Part shown: positions 1 to 7,922 of the stretch, piece by piece
How positions within the stretch are numbered: position 1 is the first letter of the stretch
How the letters are laid out: the number at the start of each line of letters is the position of its first letter
DNA from: a virus
IMG/VR virus record: IMGVR_UViG_3300029728_000029
DNA length: 37,583 bases
Direction: 5' to 3' (one strand)
The notes under the pieces: model-generated
Database searches by the model: none
Told to the model about the DNA's origin: nothing
Seen by the model: only the letters and a program-made list of their open reading frames with translations
Position numbers and translations under genes: made by a program

Positions 1-285
1 TTAGCGCCTCTCAAATTAGCGCCTTTCAAATCAGCGCCTCTCAAATAAGCGCCTCTCAAATCCGCGCCTCTCAAATCAGCGTCTTCCAAATAAGCGCCTC
101 TCAAATTAGCGCCTCTCAAATTAGCGCCTCTCAAATTAGCGCCTTTCAAATCAGCGCCTCTCAAATAAGCGCCTCTCAAATCCGCGCCTCTCAAATCCGC
201 GCCTCTCAAATCCGCGCCTCTCAAATAAGCGCCTCTCAAATCCGCGCCTCTCAAATCCGCGCCTCTCAAATCAGCGCCTCTCAAA
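1..285 (-). repeat. 19 tandem 15-nt units (coding pentapeptide repeats)
   Basis: Bases 1-285 segment by hand into consecutive 15-mers of the form t[tca][acg]gcgcctctcaaa. Variants are ...gcgcctttcaaa and tcagcgtcttccaaa. A degenerate 20th unit lies at 286-300. Confidence 0.95.
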
Positions 286-383
286 TTAGCTTCTACTAAT
301 GTGTTTTTAATTGTGTTGTTCTCTTTCTCGAAAGAAAATAGCACATTCCCAAATATTGATTTTATGTCTATTCTAATTTTCAT
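1..383 (-). CDS. Pentapeptide-repeat protein, 5' part (start ATG 383..381; runs off the left edge and continues in frame at 37583)
   Basis: The minus-strand ATG at 383..381 overlaps the TGA (382..380) of the upstream gene (ATGA). Hand translation gives [33 protein letters not shown] followed by 19 units of [20 protein letters not shown]. The frame is still open at base 1. 383 + 538 nt = 921 nt = 307 codons when joined to 37583..37046. Confidence 0.8.
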   Translation of the reverse strand, partial: MKIRIDIKSIFGNVLFSFEKENNTIKNTLVEANLRGADLRGADLRGADLRGAYLRGADLRGADLRGADLRGAYLRGADLKGANLRGANLRGANLRGAYLEDADLRGADLRGAYLRGADLKGANLRGA

Positions 384-1216
384 AAGTTATTGTTTTTATT
401 GTGTATTAAATTGTATTTTTCTCTGAATTTCAGGTATAATTTTTCTTGTTTTGCAGTAAACGGCATAAAAGAATGATTCAACCAGCGACATATATAATAT
501 ACTTTGTCATTTGAATAGTCCTTATTATCAGAGGTGATTATCCAGTCTATTTTAGCCCCATTTTGTTTTGCTTTTTCTCTTGCATATATAAAACAATCAA
601 CAAGTTTAGGATATCTCATCAGCCCGATATAGTTGCTATTTAGGTTTGCTTTTGGACATACTATACATCCGACTCTTTCACGCCACTCATACTCTGGATT
701 AATTGGAAGATTATATCTATGAATATAATCCCATACGTCGCTATCTGTCCAATCTATTATTGGTTTTAGTTGTATAATGCCCGCAGTTCCTACTGATTGG
801 CAATGTTCCTCAAAATAATCATCTATAAGGTTCTTATTCTTTTTTAGTAGCGTTTTGTTTTTTATTTCAAATGCTGTTCGTTCTTTTCTTTTAAAACTTT
901 CATATTTTCTAACTCCGACAATTGAGCATTCGTCTACATATTTTCTGTTGTGTTTGTAGTCCTTACAACAATATGCACATTGAACAGTCGGTAATAGTCC
1001 CCCATAATTCCGCCAAATATTTTCAATAAATCCGTATTTATAGTCTCTACGCCTTATCACATCTGGATAATTTTCTTTGATAAACTTTAAAGTGATATTG
1101 CTTTCAAAAGAGTGATTGAAATAAGATTTGAATTCAATCCCGCTTCGTTTGCAGAGGTCATAGCATACCTGACTGTCTTTTCCTCCTGACATACCCAACG
1201 CAATTTCAAAGTTCAT
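380..1216 (-). CDS. PAPS-reductase-family PP-loop enzyme (DndC/IbrA-like class)
   Basis: The PP-loop motif SGGKDS ([12 protein letters not shown]) lies 9 aa from the annotated start. Cys clusters CAYCC and GCIVCP are present. The stop overlaps the start of the pentapeptide gene. Confidence 0.8.
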   Translation of the reverse strand: MNFEIALGMSGGKDSQVCYDLCKRSGIEFKSYFNHSFESNITLKFIKENYPDVIRRRDYKYGFIENIWRNYGGLLPTVQCAYCCKDYKHNRKYVDECSIVGVRKYESFKRKERTAFEIKNKTLLKKNKNLIDDYFEEHCQSVGTAGIIQLKPIIDWTDSDVWDYIHRYNLPINPEYEWRERVGCIVCPKANLNSNYIGLMRYPKLVDCFIYAREKAKQNGAKIDWIITSDNKDYSNDKVYYICRWLNHSFMPFTAKQEKLYLKFREKYNLIHNKNNNL

Positions 1217-1220
1217 AGCT

Positions 1221-1295
1221 TTAGCGATTTTTGAGAACTTTTTTTATTCTTTCAATGGCTTGTTCTTCAATTTCATTTTGAAATATATTTTTCAT
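1221..1295 (-). CDS. 24-aa ORF, possibly the displaced N-terminus of the PAPS-reductase-family gene
   Basis: Hand translation gives MKNIFQNEIEEQAIERIKKVLKNR*. Its ATG (1295..1293) overlaps the TGA of the HNH gene. It is separated from the downstream frame by one nucleotide within an A7 run (1239-1245). Confidence 0.3.
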   Translation of the reverse strand: MKNIFQNEIEEQAIERIKKVLKNR

Positions 1296-1846
1296 ACTGT
1301 TCTACTTATACTGTTATAAAATATGAATTTATAGGTATTAGGTATTAATTTTGAGTGCATACCGTTATTTTTTATATATCTAATAGTCTCTTCACATACT
1401 TGGAAATATCGAGCAACTTCCCTTATGGTATTGAATTGCAAAACATTCCCATTAGGTAAAATTACTTTTACTATTTTACCATAATTTGTTCTTCCTTTAT
1501 TTAATTTGTGGTTCCATGCATGTACTTGATTAGAAGAATTATTACACCACTCTAAATTTTCAACTCGGTTGTCCTTCTTATTCCCATTCTTGTGATTTAC
1601 TTGGGTAAGTTTGTGTGGATTAGGAATAAAATGAGAAGCAACAAGTCTGTGAATTTTAAATGTTTTTAGTTTGTTGTGCAGACTTAAAGCACATCTAAGG
1701 TATCCCTTACAATCTGATGCAGATTTTAAAAATCCTATTCGTTTAACTCCTTTTGTATTGTGGTAATACAAAGACTTTACTCTACCATATGAAGAGATTT
1801 GATATTTACCTTCATATCCGACTATATCTTTCCAAATTTCTTCCAT
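1292..1846 (-). CDS. HNH homing endonuclease (NUMOD4-type N-terminus)
   Basis: The N-terminus WKDIVGYEGKYQISSYGRVKS is NUMOD4-like. The HNH core is NHKNGNKKDNRVENLEWCNNSSN. A C-terminal HTH-like segment reads REVARYFQVCEETIRYI. Confidence 0.85.
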   Translation of the reverse strand: MEEIWKDIVGYEGKYQISSYGRVKSLYYHNTKGVKRIGFLKSASDCKGYLRCALSLHNKLKTFKIHRLVASHFIPNPHKLTQVNHKNGNKKDNRVENLEWCNNSSNQVHAWNHKLNKGRTNYGKIVKVILPNGNVLQFNTIREVARYFQVCEETIRYIKNNGMHSKLIPNTYKFIFYNSISRTV

Positions 1847-1948
1847 GAGAAAATAATTAGATGTTAAAATAAGAGTATTTCATTTATTGCCGTCCTCATT
1901 CTGATAGGTTCGAGTTTATTTTGTCTTTCTGTGTCTAATCGCGCCATT

Positions 1949-2668
1949 TCAGAATAATTTTTGCTGTGTTAATACTCCGTTTTTCGTTTGAATAATTCCC
2001 AAGCATTCGTTTTCAAATCTTTCATTTGCAGATGCAAAATATTCTTTATCTATTTCGCATCCTACAAAGTCAAATCCTAACTTATAGGCTGCAATCCTGC
2101 TACTCCCAGAACCTAAGTGGCTGTCAAATATTTTATCTCCTTCTTTTGCGAATGTTTTTAATAAATAAGCATATAAATCGATAGGCTTTTGTGTAGGATG
2201 TATTCTGTTGGGCATAAGATTAGCTAATCTTACTATTTTTGCAGGATAATCGAAAGAAGTCCAAGCCAATTCAACTTGTGAAAATCTATTCCACGACTGT
2301 TTTTTATCCCAGACAACTATACATCGTGATGGAGATAATTTAAAATAATTCCCGCCAAAAATGATTTGGTTTTTGCTTACCCTAAATAGCTCTTTGAAAT
2401 ATCGAGGAGAAGGCGCCTTGTAGTCCCATTCTATAGCCATTTTATGTAAGGCTCTATCTTTTAATTTACCTCCTCCAGAATTTAGGCGTCCTTTCCTTAA
2501 TCTTTCTGATGTACTTATATACCCTCTCCCGCTACCCATGTTCATATTAGGGGCATTTATTCCGTAGGGTGGGTCTACAATTGCGAGTTCAAAATATTTG
2601 TCAGGAACATTTTTCATGTATTTTAGACAATCAATATTGAATACTTCACTTATTGGCATATTTTTCAA
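1949..2668 (-). CDS. DNA methyltransferase, beta class (N6-adenine or N4-cytosine)
   Basis: The catalytic motif IV (IVDPPYGIN) is N-terminal and the AdoMet motif I (FDSHLGSGSS) is C-terminal, with HPTQKPIDLY between them. The order IV then I marks the beta class. Confidence 0.85.
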   Translation of the reverse strand: MKNMPISEVFNIDCLKYMKNVPDKYFELAIVDPPYGINAPNMNMGSGRGYISTSERLRKGRLNSGGGKLKDRALHKMAIEWDYKAPSPRYFKELFRVSKNQIIFGGNYFKLSPSRCIVVWDKKQSWNRFSQVELAWTSFDYPAKIVRLANLMPNRIHPTQKPIDLYAYLLKTFAKEGDKIFDSHLGSGSSRIAAYKLGFDFVGCEIDKEYFASANERFENECLGIIQTKNGVLTQQKLF

Positions 2669-3080
2669 ATAAATTATCTATTTCTAAATTTACTCTATCT
2701 GCAAATTCCCCAAATGATTCTGAAAATTCATCATCATTCAAATCATCTACAATTTTAACTACTCTTTCCGCGTAAAAGCGAGCTTTTGATAAGTCTTTCA
2801 TTAATACCAAATTAGAAGATGAATCTACTTGTTGTATTATGTTCGTAAGCTCAATTGCAGCCTGAGAAAGCAAATCCGCGAAAAGAGGTATTTTTTTACA
2901 AACATACACCGCTTTTTCTTTCTGCTCCTTGGTCATGTTCCCGAACAAATCCTTAACCGGTATCAATTCATATTTATTCAAGTTGTCAAGTTGCGTTTTT
3001 ATTTGAGTTACTTTTACATAGTCTCTTTTTTGTAACGCTTTATTCATCTTTTCAAGTAAAATATCTTTCTCGCTTTTCAT
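2646..3080 (-). CDS. Hypothetical early protein
   Basis: A 144-aa ORF co-oriented with and overlapping its neighbours. No motif recognised. Confidence 0.55.
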   Translation of the reverse strand: MKSEKDILLEKMNKALQKRDYVKVTQIKTQLDNLNKYELIPVKDLFGNMTKEQKEKAVYVCKKIPLFADLLSQAAIELTNIIQQVDSSSNLVLMKDLSKARFYAERVVKIVDDLNDDEFSESFGEFADRVNLEIDNLFEKYANK

Positions 3081-3081
3081 C

Positions 3082-3759
3082 TCATTTAGTTTTTAGTGTA
3101 TAATAATCAGTTAATAATTTCCTGCAAGCATTGTACACAATTACAGCCTCTTTTGTAGTGTTGTTCGCCATTATCAGCTTTTGTATTTCGTTTTTATTTT
3201 CGTTTTCTACGGCTATTGTAGCCTCGGAAACATATCTTAAATAAGTCTCTGACCGCACTTTGTTTTTGCTTATCAGATACTTAACCACTGGCAAACATGG
3301 TAAACCAATGGGCAATTTTTTTGTTTGTTTGAATTCATTGAAAGCATTCCTCTCAAACTCCGACAACTGTTCAATTGAAAAATCTTTAGAATGGGCTTCC
3401 AATTGTTTTACATTCCCGTATTTTTCGATTATCGCCTGAGAGCGATTTACGTGCGATTTAAAGGCTTTTAAAAATTGGATGATAGTTTGTACCGACATAC
3501 GATAGAAAACCCCAAATTCGCCAGCTAAACCATAAATTATCGCTATGTCGCACTCCTTTATGGTTAGCGCTTTGCATTCCGCCTCTAAAAATGTTGCGAC
3601 ATCTTTTGTTGTGACCTCGATTAATTCGTCAGTCGTTTCTTGATTTACCCTTAAAAAAGCCTTTTTTACTATGTCCATAGAAAACAAAAACAGTTCGTTT
3701 TTATTTAATTCGCTTATTTTCGGGTAATTTTGAGCTTCTTTTATTTGCTGTATGTCCAT
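3082..3759 (-). CDS. Hypothetical early protein (next to the replication gene)
   Basis: A 225-aa ORF packed 1 nt from the next gene. No motif recognised. Confidence 0.6.
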   Translation of the reverse strand: MDIQQIKEAQNYPKISELNKNELFLFSMDIVKKAFLRVNQETTDELIEVTTKDVATFLEAECKALTIKECDIAIIYGLAGEFGVFYRMSVQTIIQFLKAFKSHVNRSQAIIEKYGNVKQLEAHSKDFSIEQLSEFERNAFNEFKQTKKLPIGLPCLPVVKYLISKNKVRSETYLRYVSEATIAVENENKNEIQKLIMANNTTKEAVIVYNACRKLLTDYYTLKTK

Positions 3760-3770
3760 GATACAACCTC

Positions 3771-4844
3771 CTATTTCCCGTCTTTTTTGTTAAACATCAT
3801 TCCAAATAATGAATCGTCTTTCCCCTCTTGTATATCCTGCATGATTTTAAAAGCGACTCTTTGCGTTTGCTCTTCCATTGTTTCTTTTTTTGCAAATCCG
3901 CGCGCCCCCCCTGCTAAATTTTTCGGATAAAAAACGCGGTTCGTTTGAATTTTAAGAGCTTTTGCCAATGTTGTTTTCCAGTTTATCTTTTTTGTTTTCG
4001 ATTTCTTTTTGTTTTCCCAACCTTCAGTAGTGCCCCAGAAGTTTTCGATAGCACATTCAATTGTTTTTATTATGTTCAATTCAGGGGGGTTGAATTCTTT
4101 TTGTTTTTCCATCCATTCTGCATCACATAGTATTTTGTCTACTTCTTCATGTAATTCTGACAAATAAACATTAAAATCTTTTCTCCAGTCTTTTTCTTTT
4201 TCTTCTTCTTTTTTAGAGATAAGAAATATATCGTTATTAGATGTAAAATTATATTTAGATATATTTTTTATCTCTTTTTTCTCTATAATGTTATTCTGTT
4301 TATTATCTGTAGAATTATCTGTAAGAATAATATTATTTTCTTTCTTATTATCATTATCCTTTATATTATCATTATCATTATCGGGTTTTTTTGGGTTTTT
4401 AAAAAACCCAGATTTTCCCAGTGGGTTATTTTGGGTTTCTAAAAAACCCAGTGGGTTATTTTGGGTTTCTAAAAAACCCAGTGGGTTATTTTGGGTTTCT
4501 TGTGAATCAGAAAAAGCATTTGCTTTTTTTGCTTTCGTTTGCTTTTCAGAAAAAGCATTTGTTTCTTCTGTTTTTTGAGGTCTGCCCCCATTTTTCCCAT
4601 TTAATTTATTCCTTTCTACAATAGATAAGTATTTTTCATAATCTCTGTCAAATTGCGCTTTAAACGGCTTAAAAGCAACCCTTATCAGTGTATTATCAAT
4701 TTCTGATAAGTCAAAAGACATACCATCATGTTTCAATCGTTGATACTTGATAATTGTTTTAATCAGTTCGCCCGCTTCCTGATTATTTAAATCATCGAAA
4801 ACGTCTAAAGAATCTAAATGTAGGATAAATGATTTTTTTTGCAT
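3771..4844 (-). CDS. Putative replication organiser / initiator-like protein with internal repeats
   Basis: The N-terminal domain ends in NGKNGGRPQK, which resembles phage replisome-organiser N-terminal domains as I recall them. A low-complexity D/N/K linker and a 3x ETQNNPLGFL repeat follow. The gene sits beside the RecT/exonuclease module. Confidence 0.5.
   Translation of the reverse strand: MQKKSFILHLDSLDVFDDLNNQEAGELIKTIIKYQRLKHDGMSFDLSEIDNTLIRVAFKPFKAQFDRDYEKYLSIVERNKLNGKNGGRPQKTEETNAFSEKQTKAKKANAFSDSQETQNNPLGFLETQNNPLGFLETQNNPLGKSGFFKNPKKPDNDNDNIKDNDNKKENNIILTDNSTDNKQNNIIEKKEIKNISKYNFTSNNDIFLISKKEEEKEKDWRKDFNVYLSELHEEVDKILCDAEWMEKQKEFNPPELNIIKTIECAIENFWGTTEGWENKKKSKTKKINWKTTLAKALKIQTNRVFYPKNLAGGARGFAKKETMEEQTQRVAFKIMQDIQEGKDDSLFGMMFNKKDGK
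4392..4500. repeat. Iteron-like array: about 3.5 copies of a 30-nt unit, each with internal dyad symmetry
   Basis: The unit aaaaaacccagtgggttattttgggtttct occurs exactly at 4441-4470 and 4471-4500, with a variant carrying a 10-nt insert at 4401-4440. tgggttt(t/c)taaaaaaccca is a palindrome spanning unit junctions. Confidence 0.9.
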
Positions 4845-4964
4845 GGTCGTGTAGAAAAATAAAAGAGGTTCATTTTTAGCTACGACCCTAAAAACAAACC
4901 TCTTTACGGTAATATACCGTGAATATCTTCTCTGTTGGTCGTAGTCAACACTACAAATATACGA

Positions 4965-5246
4965 TTATTTTTTTAATTTCTTTATTCTTTTAAGCCTTTT
5001 TCTTGCCAAATCATATTTAGTTACCTCTTTATCTATCTTTTTTAATTTTTCTAATTTCCGTATGTTGTTTTCATTGTTTGCCATAGAAAATCCAAATATT
5101 AATATTGATGTTGTCGGAAATAACCTATAAAATTTCTTGCAAAACTCTACGCCTATATATGGGACTATATATATACCTAAAAATAGAACAGCGAAATATA
5201 ATAATATTAAAACGACTAAATAAATAATTATTTTTGTTAGTATCAT
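4965..5246 (-). CDS. Small membrane protein
   Basis: Two hydrophobic stretches (IIIYLVVLILLYFAVLFLGIYIV and SILIFGF) are followed by a basic tail. The 4-nt overlap with the upstream gene suggests translational coupling. Confidence 0.55.
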   Translation of the reverse strand: MILTKIIIYLVVLILLYFAVLFLGIYIVPYIGVEFCKKFYRLFPTTSILIFGFSMANNENNIRKLEKLKKIDKEVTKYDLARKRLKRIKKLKK

Positions 5247-6187
5247 AATTTTAAAATTTTAAGTGTTTTCCCTTTTGATTCTTTTTTTACTGATTCGTAT
5301 ATCAACGGAAATTCAGTTTTTAGCTTCTCAGTGTCTATTGTGTTGCGTGTATAGTCCTTAATTGTAGCCACTCTTACGCCTTCACATACTAATTCGTTGC
5401 AATTGTTGAAAAGTAACGCTATTTTGTTTTCTAAATCTTCTTTCTCCTTCTCCAGTATTTTTATTTTATTTTTTATCTCGTTATAGCTATTGACTAATTC
5501 CATGTATTCAGGAGAAATGTTCAAAGATATTGTTTCAGAGGTATTTGTAATATTAAAAATATCCTCTTTGTTAATTGGAGCCGGTGGAACCCCTTTAAGT
5601 ATGTGATTTTCTGTGAATTCTTTAGCCCCGTTTAAAAGATACTCGAATAAATCTTTGTCAAAATCGAACATCCTCCATTTCAGTTGCTTTTGTCCATCAT
5701 ATACTACTAACATTCCCGCGTCATATTCTCCTACCCCCATGTTCCAAACTAATTGCATATACCACGAATTAGGAAAAGTTTCGGGGTCGTTTAAATCTAC
5801 AGTACGTAATGTGTCCTTTATTTCGACGACAATACGGTTTTTTCTTCGGAATTTAAACAATTCCCTATCCGGTGAAGCAATTATATAGGGCGGGTAATTA
5901 TCGTTGCTTAAAACGAAGTATTTCGCGCTTTCTTTTATCACCCTCTCTGTAGACTCTGTCTCAAAAAGAGCAGCGATAGCGTTTTCCATTGCTTGCCCCC
6001 TTTGGGTATTATAATTAATTTCATTTTCCATTGCTTGCCCCCTTTGGTAGTCATTATACCAATCCAAAGGCGTTTTGTATTCATCATGACCAGTTATTAC
6101 CGCTATATCATGTCCTCCAATAAAATAATTGCTTTTCCGGTAATTGTACCAATCTTCGTAATTTCTAAACACTTTCCTATCTATCAT
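5243..6187 (-). CDS. YqaJ-like recombination exonuclease
   Basis: FIGGHDIAVITGHDEYKTPLDWY matches the YqaJ N-terminal GGSD..ILG..YKTP..LW pattern. The gene lies next to RecT. The C-terminus is coiled-coil. Confidence 0.75.
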   Translation of the reverse strand: MIDRKVFRNYEDWYNYRKSNYFIGGHDIAVITGHDEYKTPLDWYNDYQRGQAMENEINYNTQRGQAMENAIAALFETESTERVIKESAKYFVLSNDNYPPYIIASPDRELFKFRRKNRIVVEIKDTLRTVDLNDPETFPNSWYMQLVWNMGVGEYDAGMLVVYDGQKQLKWRMFDFDKDLFEYLLNGAKEFTENHILKGVPPAPINKEDIFNITNTSETISLNISPEYMELVNSYNEIKNKIKILEKEKEDLENKIALLFNNCNELVCEGVRVATIKDYTRNTIDTEKLKTEFPLIYESVKKESKGKTLKILKL

Positions 6188-6383
6188 ATTGCCAAAATTT
6201 TACTGTGTAATAATAATATACATTCCCGTCTACTCCGAAAACAAAAGGTATGCTTTCTGGATGGAATACCCCTATTTTAACATCTCCACTTTCTAAAATA
6301 ATTCTTATTCTTTCATGTGAAGGAGGAAAAAACCTCGAATTCGTCCATTTCATCGAAAAATTTAGCCCTTTTTCTTTATTCAT
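6177..6383 (-). CDS. Hypothetical small protein (weakly DUF551-like)
   Basis: A 68-aa ORF overlapping both neighbours. The W...PP...(R/V)I.I pattern is loosely like that of the 35751-35972 ORF. Confidence 0.45.
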   Translation of the reverse strand: MNKEKGLNFSMKWTNSRFFPPSHERIRIILESGDVKIGVFHPESIPFVFGVDGNVYYYYTVKFWQYDR

Positions 6384-7143
6384 TTGTCCCGTCTAAATAT
6401 TCTAAATCTGTTAAATTTTCGTTCGTTGGTGTCGAAAAATCATATTTAATTGCGTTTTTCATGCTCTCCGTTTTCGGCCCGTATAAATTTAAAAGGCTTT
6501 TCGCAACCGTTTTATTAGCCATCATCTCAAAATCTGTCACCCATAACCCCGTTTTATCCTTATAAGATTGAGAGTATTTTTGCGCATGTGCCTTTATCTC
6601 CTCGACTGTCATATATTTAAAATATTCACCCCCTGAAAGATATTTTATATATGCAATATTGCCGATATAAGCCCGTTTTTTTCTCTCTATATAGCCGTTA
6701 TAATCATATGTTTTCAATATTATTTCTCCTTTAAACGGGTCTATACCTTCAATATCACCCTCGCGAACCTCTGAGACATTTATTCGCTCTAATTTTTGCG
6801 TCCTATTAGCTAATTCAATGAATCCACGATACATTATTTGCGCTTGTGCGTTGTCCTTGTAAGGGATGATGCACGATTGCCCTAGAGCAGGAACCAATGA
6901 TAAGCCAGTAGTCGCAATAGCCAATCCGCATAAAATTACGCTGTTGGGGTTGCAAAATTTTAATTTGGAATTGTACGAAGCTTGCAAAATGTTTTCTACG
7001 AACGCCCGCCCCTTTGATTCTCCTAAAATTTTGCAAAAACGCGCTAAATTATCCGAATTAAGGGCTAATTTCTTTATGTCTTTGTAGTAATTCACTGTCT
7101 GTACAGTCGCTACGTTATTTTTTATTTGTTTATTTATGTCCAT
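6376..7143 (-). CDS. recT: RecT-family single-strand annealing recombinase
   Basis: The segments GLSLVPALGQSCIIPYKDNAQAQIMYRGFIELANR, SEVREGD, GNIAYIKY, MTVEEIKAHAQKYS and MMANKTVAKSLL follow the RecT family pattern. Confidence 0.85.
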   Translation of the reverse strand: MDINKQIKNNVATVQTVNYYKDIKKLALNSDNLARFCKILGESKGRAFVENILQASYNSKLKFCNPNSVILCGLAIATTGLSLVPALGQSCIIPYKDNAQAQIMYRGFIELANRTQKLERINVSEVREGDIEGIDPFKGEIILKTYDYNGYIERKKRAYIGNIAYIKYLSGGEYFKYMTVEEIKAHAQKYSQSYKDKTGLWVTDFEMMANKTVAKSLLNLYGPKTESMKNAIKYDFSTPTNENLTDLEYLDGTNE

Positions 7144-7149
7144 GGTTAT

Positions 7150-7326
7150 TTAATTAAATACAACTATACTATCATTTAAAAATACCTCTACAGTGTCGGG
7201 GTAATCAGTAATTTCTTTTGTTTTTTGTTCTTCCAGTATTTGCGTATCCAGCATTCCGCCAATTAAAATTAGCAGAAATAATATAAGCCCGCAAATAGCG
7301 TTCAATTTGTCTTTTTTAGTTGTCAT
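7150..7326 (-). CDS. Unlisted 58-aa membrane protein
   Basis: Hand translation gives MTTKKDKLNAICGLILFLLILIGGMLDTQILEEQKTKEITDYPDTVEVFLNDSIVVFN*. The ATG overlaps the end of the upstream ORF and the stop lies 6 nt before the recT ATG. The ORF is below the 60-aa cut-off of the ORF track. Confidence 0.45.
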   Translation of the reverse strand: MTTKKDKLNAICGLILFLLILIGGMLDTQILEEQKTKEITDYPDTVEVFLNDSIVVFN

Positions 7327-7651
7327 AGTAATATCCTTTTGAATAAATGTTGTACTCGTCTTTTATGTTTATAAAATCATTTATCATTTTTAATGCAATA
7401 TACTTTGCCTCTTTTTCGTCTCCTGCATATTTTGGCGAGAATTCCCACGTTTTTATGTAGCATTTAATATCGATAGCTATTCCGTTATCAATCGTAATTT
7501 CTGAATAAAAATTACACAATTTGTCAAGGATTATTATTTCATCATTCAATATACATACTTCGTCGGTTCCTACTTCCATATTGAAGTAATTAAAAATGAA
7601 GTAGGACGCTATTTGCCTATAAAGCAATTCTATATTAATTATTCCTATCAT
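7316..7651 (-). CDS. Hypothetical early protein
   Basis: A 111-aa ORF co-oriented with and overlapping its neighbours. Confidence 0.5.
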   Translation of the reverse strand: MIGIINIELLYRQIASYFIFNYFNMEVGTDEVCILNDEIIILDKLCNFYSEITIDNGIAIDIKCYIKTWEFSPKYAGDEKEAKYIALKMINDFINIKDEYNIYSKGYYYDN

Positions 7652-7922
7652 TGTTTAGTTTCTTATATGTTATTATTTTCTCTTTTATTTCGGATACTTT
7701 ATTATTGTAGCCATTATCTCTTAAATTCGCGGAAATGTAGCTAATTATTTCGTCTTTATCTCTAATAATCAATGATATGTAAGGTGATGTACTGAAAGTG
7801 TCTGTTAATTTTTTAATAGTAGTATTTATTTCAAAAATAAAATGATACCTGTTCTTTTCAGATGGTTCAGGAATAAGGGCTAATATTTCTTTAGCGTCCT
7901 TTATAATGCTTTTTTTTTTCAT
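7635..7922 (-). CDS. Hypothetical early protein
   Basis: A 95-aa ORF with a 4-nt overlap with the upstream gene. Confidence 0.5.
   Translation of the reverse strand: MKKKSIIKDAKEILALIPEPSEKNRYHFIFEINTTIKKLTDTFSTSPYISLIIRDKDEIISYISANLRDNGYNNKVSEIKEKIITYKKLNNDRNN

Noticed and set aside
1-300. Regularly spaced repeats at both window ends (also 37401-37583) that could be mistaken for a CRISPR array
   Set aside because: The units are 15 nt and abut with no spacers. The whole tract is one open reading frame encoding pentapeptide repeats, so this is a coding tandem repeat and not a CRISPR array.
1907-1914. GGTTCGAG, a T-loop-like string suggesting a tRNA
   Set aside because: The flanks do not form a T-stem or any cloverleaf arms. 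I found no tRNA by eye anywhere in the window, but a tRNAscan-type search was not possible.
4392-4500. 30-nt palindrome-containing direct repeats as a mini-CRISPR array
   Set aside because: The units are directly adjacent without unique spacers, lie inside a long ORF, and there are no cas genes. Iteron or origin-type repeats are the better reading.
4288-4624. Plus-strand ORFs (96 aa and 67 aa) across the repeat region of the replication gene
   Set aside because: They are repeat-driven open frames on the non-coding strand, opposed to the uniformly leftward gene orientation of this arm.
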